Shown here: positions 57,231 to 64,000 of the stretch, piece by piece
Layout of the letters: each line of letters begins with the position of its first letter
Position numbering within the stretch: position 1 is the first letter of the stretch
Assembly: GCA_009914755.4 (NCBI GenBank)
Contig: CP086569.2
Location: forward strand, 21,440,001-21,504,000
Direction: 5' to 3'
From: the human T2T-CHM13v2.0 reference genome, Homo sapiens
Length of the DNA: 64,000 nt
Program-made: the position numbers and the translations under genes
Notes under the pieces: generated by a model
Databases searched by the model: none
What the model saw: the letters and a program-made list of their open reading frames with translations, nothing else
What the model was told of the DNA's origin: nothing

Positions 57231-59299
57231 CTTTCTTTAATTCTTACAGTAGCAACTTTAGGATATTTTTGATATAAATATTTATATTGTCCGATTTTTT
57301 TTTCAAGAAAGAGTCTTCTGCATTTTCTTTGTCCTTCTGTGTTCTGCCATAACAGAGTACCATAAGGTAAAACATGAGCTCCAAACCTTAAAATATAGGT
57401 TGTTAAGGTTCTGAAAATATTAGCATCTGTTTAGATAAACTTAGATGTTTGTCTCCAAAACAGAAAAAACTAAGATTACCCTCTTGTGCTGTTTTATGTT
57501 CTTGAGAGCTTGAGTTATGACCAAGTGGGACTGCTCTTTTGTTCATTATCTGAGGGATGTAATTTTTTGGTCACATACAGTGTGAGGCTAAAAATTGCTG
57601 AGAACATGAGACATATAATATTTTAAGCAGGGCACTCTTTCTTTAACTTATCAGATGAGTTTGTATTAATAAAAAGTTTTATCCAAAAAGAAACTTTGGT
57701 CATCTGAACCCTTGTTGCTTGGCTAGTCCTAAAATGATACAATTTTAGCAGAGCCTACCTAGTGTTAAAGATTAATGGGTCTGTGAAAGGCAGTGCCACA
57801 AATCTGTGAGATACTGGAGGCACTGTAAACATAAATATAGTCTAGGGTTAATCATCAGTGGCAACAGACTCCTTTGCTGTGTTAATTCATTCTGGAAATA
57901 AATTTTGGGGAAGTATGGAAACAACCTCTTCAATACCCTCTAACAGAACACCTATTATTTTTATAACAAAACTTATTCATGGAAAAGAATCTCCTGAGCT
58001 TTTGTTAAGAATTTTGTATATTAAGTCACTACTAGAATAAGTAAACCATTGAAAATGTTCATCATAAGTGGCCAAAAGATTGATTCTTTATAATAAAAAT
58101 GCACCTACTTTTAAAATATAGTATTTTAGATAGCTCTAATTCTAAAAAAAAATGCTTTATGTGTATTTATGGAAGAAGCAAAATTTCAAAAAGACACATA
58201 ATAGTGTCATGAGCAAGTTTTAGAAATTGTATTGACAACATTAAATAGTAGAATCTACAGCAATGATAAATTATTTTCATGCTCAAACTGTCTGCCTTGG
58301 ATTCTCTTTCATATTAACAAATTATATACCAGGATATTACATACCCTGTAGGCTAATAAGTAGGATTCAGTTCCTTTCTCAGCTGTGGCTAAGATATAAT
58401 TCACACTCAGGGAACCAATACCTTGGAAAGTTAAGTCTTTTACATTTATAAATGTTGGTTTGATATTTATTTGACTCAACTTTTTGAAGCACCCATTTTT
58501 TATTCATTTTTTCCTTTCAATTTCTTATCTTACTAATGATTTGTTTGTTAATTTTGTTTGTGGGATACATGAGACAATTAGTATTTTTGTGTTGATGGTA
58601 ATCTTAGAAACTGAGGCCCTAAACAATGTGGTAGAATAAAAGGTAAGTTGTACCCACTATTATGCAGAAAAAAACCTTTTCTTTCTTTGGCTGTCATTGG
58701 GGTGGTTTTGAAGCTTGTGAAAACTACTTTTCACCTCTATTTAGATATTTAATCTGTTTTTGGTTAAGTCACAACATTGATTATGGTTTATTGATTTTGA
58801 TGAATAACTTGAAAAGGAGCCTTTGCTTTTAAAGAATATCAACAAATTTCAAAAACCAGGAATACTTGTTGCTTGTCCTTGCTAAAATATGAAAATAAGA
58901 AATTTGATATAATTATTTTAAAGAGCAGTAGCATCACAATTTGTTTTAATTAAAAGCTAATATTTAGGCTATGTTTTTAAAAAGCATTTGTACCTTTTGT
59001 CTTATAAATCTTGGTCTCTCGGAAGTTGATTTAGTTAACTGAAATTCTTTTTCAATTATATATATAGCCTTCTGGTGTGCTTTCTTCCTTGTTGTCTTAA
59101 TTTTTCCTGAAAAATGGTAAAATATAAATGACATTCTAGAAAGCTTAGAATCTCACCAAATTTTCTTTTATAAGAATTTTTCTTCCATCTATTTCTACAC
59201 ATCCCTCTTTTTTGCTATCTTTGTTACCACATGAATAGTTCTACCGCAGACTTTAATGACCCTGAGATTTCTGGAGGAGCACAGCAAAAAAGTATCAAA

Positions 59300-59392
59300 T
59301 ACAACCTTTGAAGTTGCTCCCCTCACCTCCCCTCCACTCACCTCCCCTCCTCTCACCTCCTCTCCCCTCCCCTCTGATCTCTTTGACATTTG
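59300..59392. repeat. C/T-rich low-complexity tract with imperfect CCCCTCC/CACCTCC repeats
   Basis: cccctcacctcccctccactcacctcccctcctctcacctcctctcccctcccctctgatc. Confidence 0.8.
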
Positions 59393-60089
59393 GGGTACCA
59401 GAAATTACTTTTTACTACAAGAAAAAACTTAACCTTTTGTGTGAAGTAACTGGCAAATCACTGGTGAGAGTTGCAGTTTCGGAGGTGACTAACATCTATT
59501 GCAGTAAATGGTTACTACTGCAGGAGGCTACTCATTTATTTAAGTTTTTAAATTAGAAAAGCAACGTTTAAGCTTTTGGACGCTATAGGAACACTTGCCA
59601 CTTGGGAATACACTTTTCCATGGAGTTGGGTGGAACACAGAGTGGGCCACTGGAATTGAGTGGCCCACCAGTCTCAGAGTAATCATTGTGGTTTTCACCA
59701 TTGCTCCTAATTAGTTCTAATGGCAAAGCTGCAATGACTTTTGCACCAACCTAATAGATGCACTATGGAAGAGTTGTTAGGTTTCATGGTATTTTCCCCT
59801 TTTTGAGGATCTAGGATTTAATGTAAATTTGGATCCTTTATTTTGGGCTATATAGAGGTTCTGCCTTTTAGTTCCTGTTTTTACATATGTGAGTACTTAG
59901 TTTTGAACATTGCAGCTGCTTTCTTGACCCCATTGGTTAATAGAATTTGCTGTAAGAAAGTGTCCCAGTTGGAAAATGATAACAATTATTTTACCTATTT
60001 AAATAAAATTGGCCTTCTAATACAATTTTCTGGTAAATTTCTATAATTTTATATCACCTTGAAATAAGTTTTTAATTTTTTTTTCATTT

Positions 60090-64000
<3,911 letters not shown>

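Overview
This window is primate (human-type) nuclear DNA, not a prokaryotic or accessory-element region. Its core is a complete, intron-containing eIF1A gene (eukaryotic translation initiation factor 1A, 144 aa) on the + strand. The gene has 7 coding exons spread over about 16.5 kb (11077..27552) and a TATA-less CpG-island promoter around 10700..11400. The spliced protein carries Leu at residue 50, and the gene sits on the + strand with a compact span and short 3'UTR; together these point to the Y-linked paralog EIF1AY rather than EIF1AX. That X/Y assignment rests on recalled protein sequences and should be verified.

The rest of the window is typical interspersed-repeat landscape:
- about 20 Alu elements, several with recognisable target-site duplications;
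- an ancient L1 (1..4700) interrupted by a nested mariner-type DNA transposon (963..2170);
- a dense nest of L1 fragments in mixed orientations (31200..44800);
- a near-full-length but ORF-dead L1PA on the minus strand (50054..56140);
- two clear twin-primed (5'-inverted) young L1 insertions (29649..31012, with a 14-bp TSD, and 61898..end), plus a smaller likely third (39440..39885).

There are no rRNA or tRNA genes, no CRISPR arrays and no prokaryotic systems. The long ORFs in the six-frame track outside the eIF1A exons are essentially all L1 ORF1/ORF2 remnants or Alu read-throughs. I see no evidence of a novel biological system. The interesting points are the X/Y paralog call, the splice/stop/poly(A) architecture at the last two coding exons, and the retrotransposon structures.
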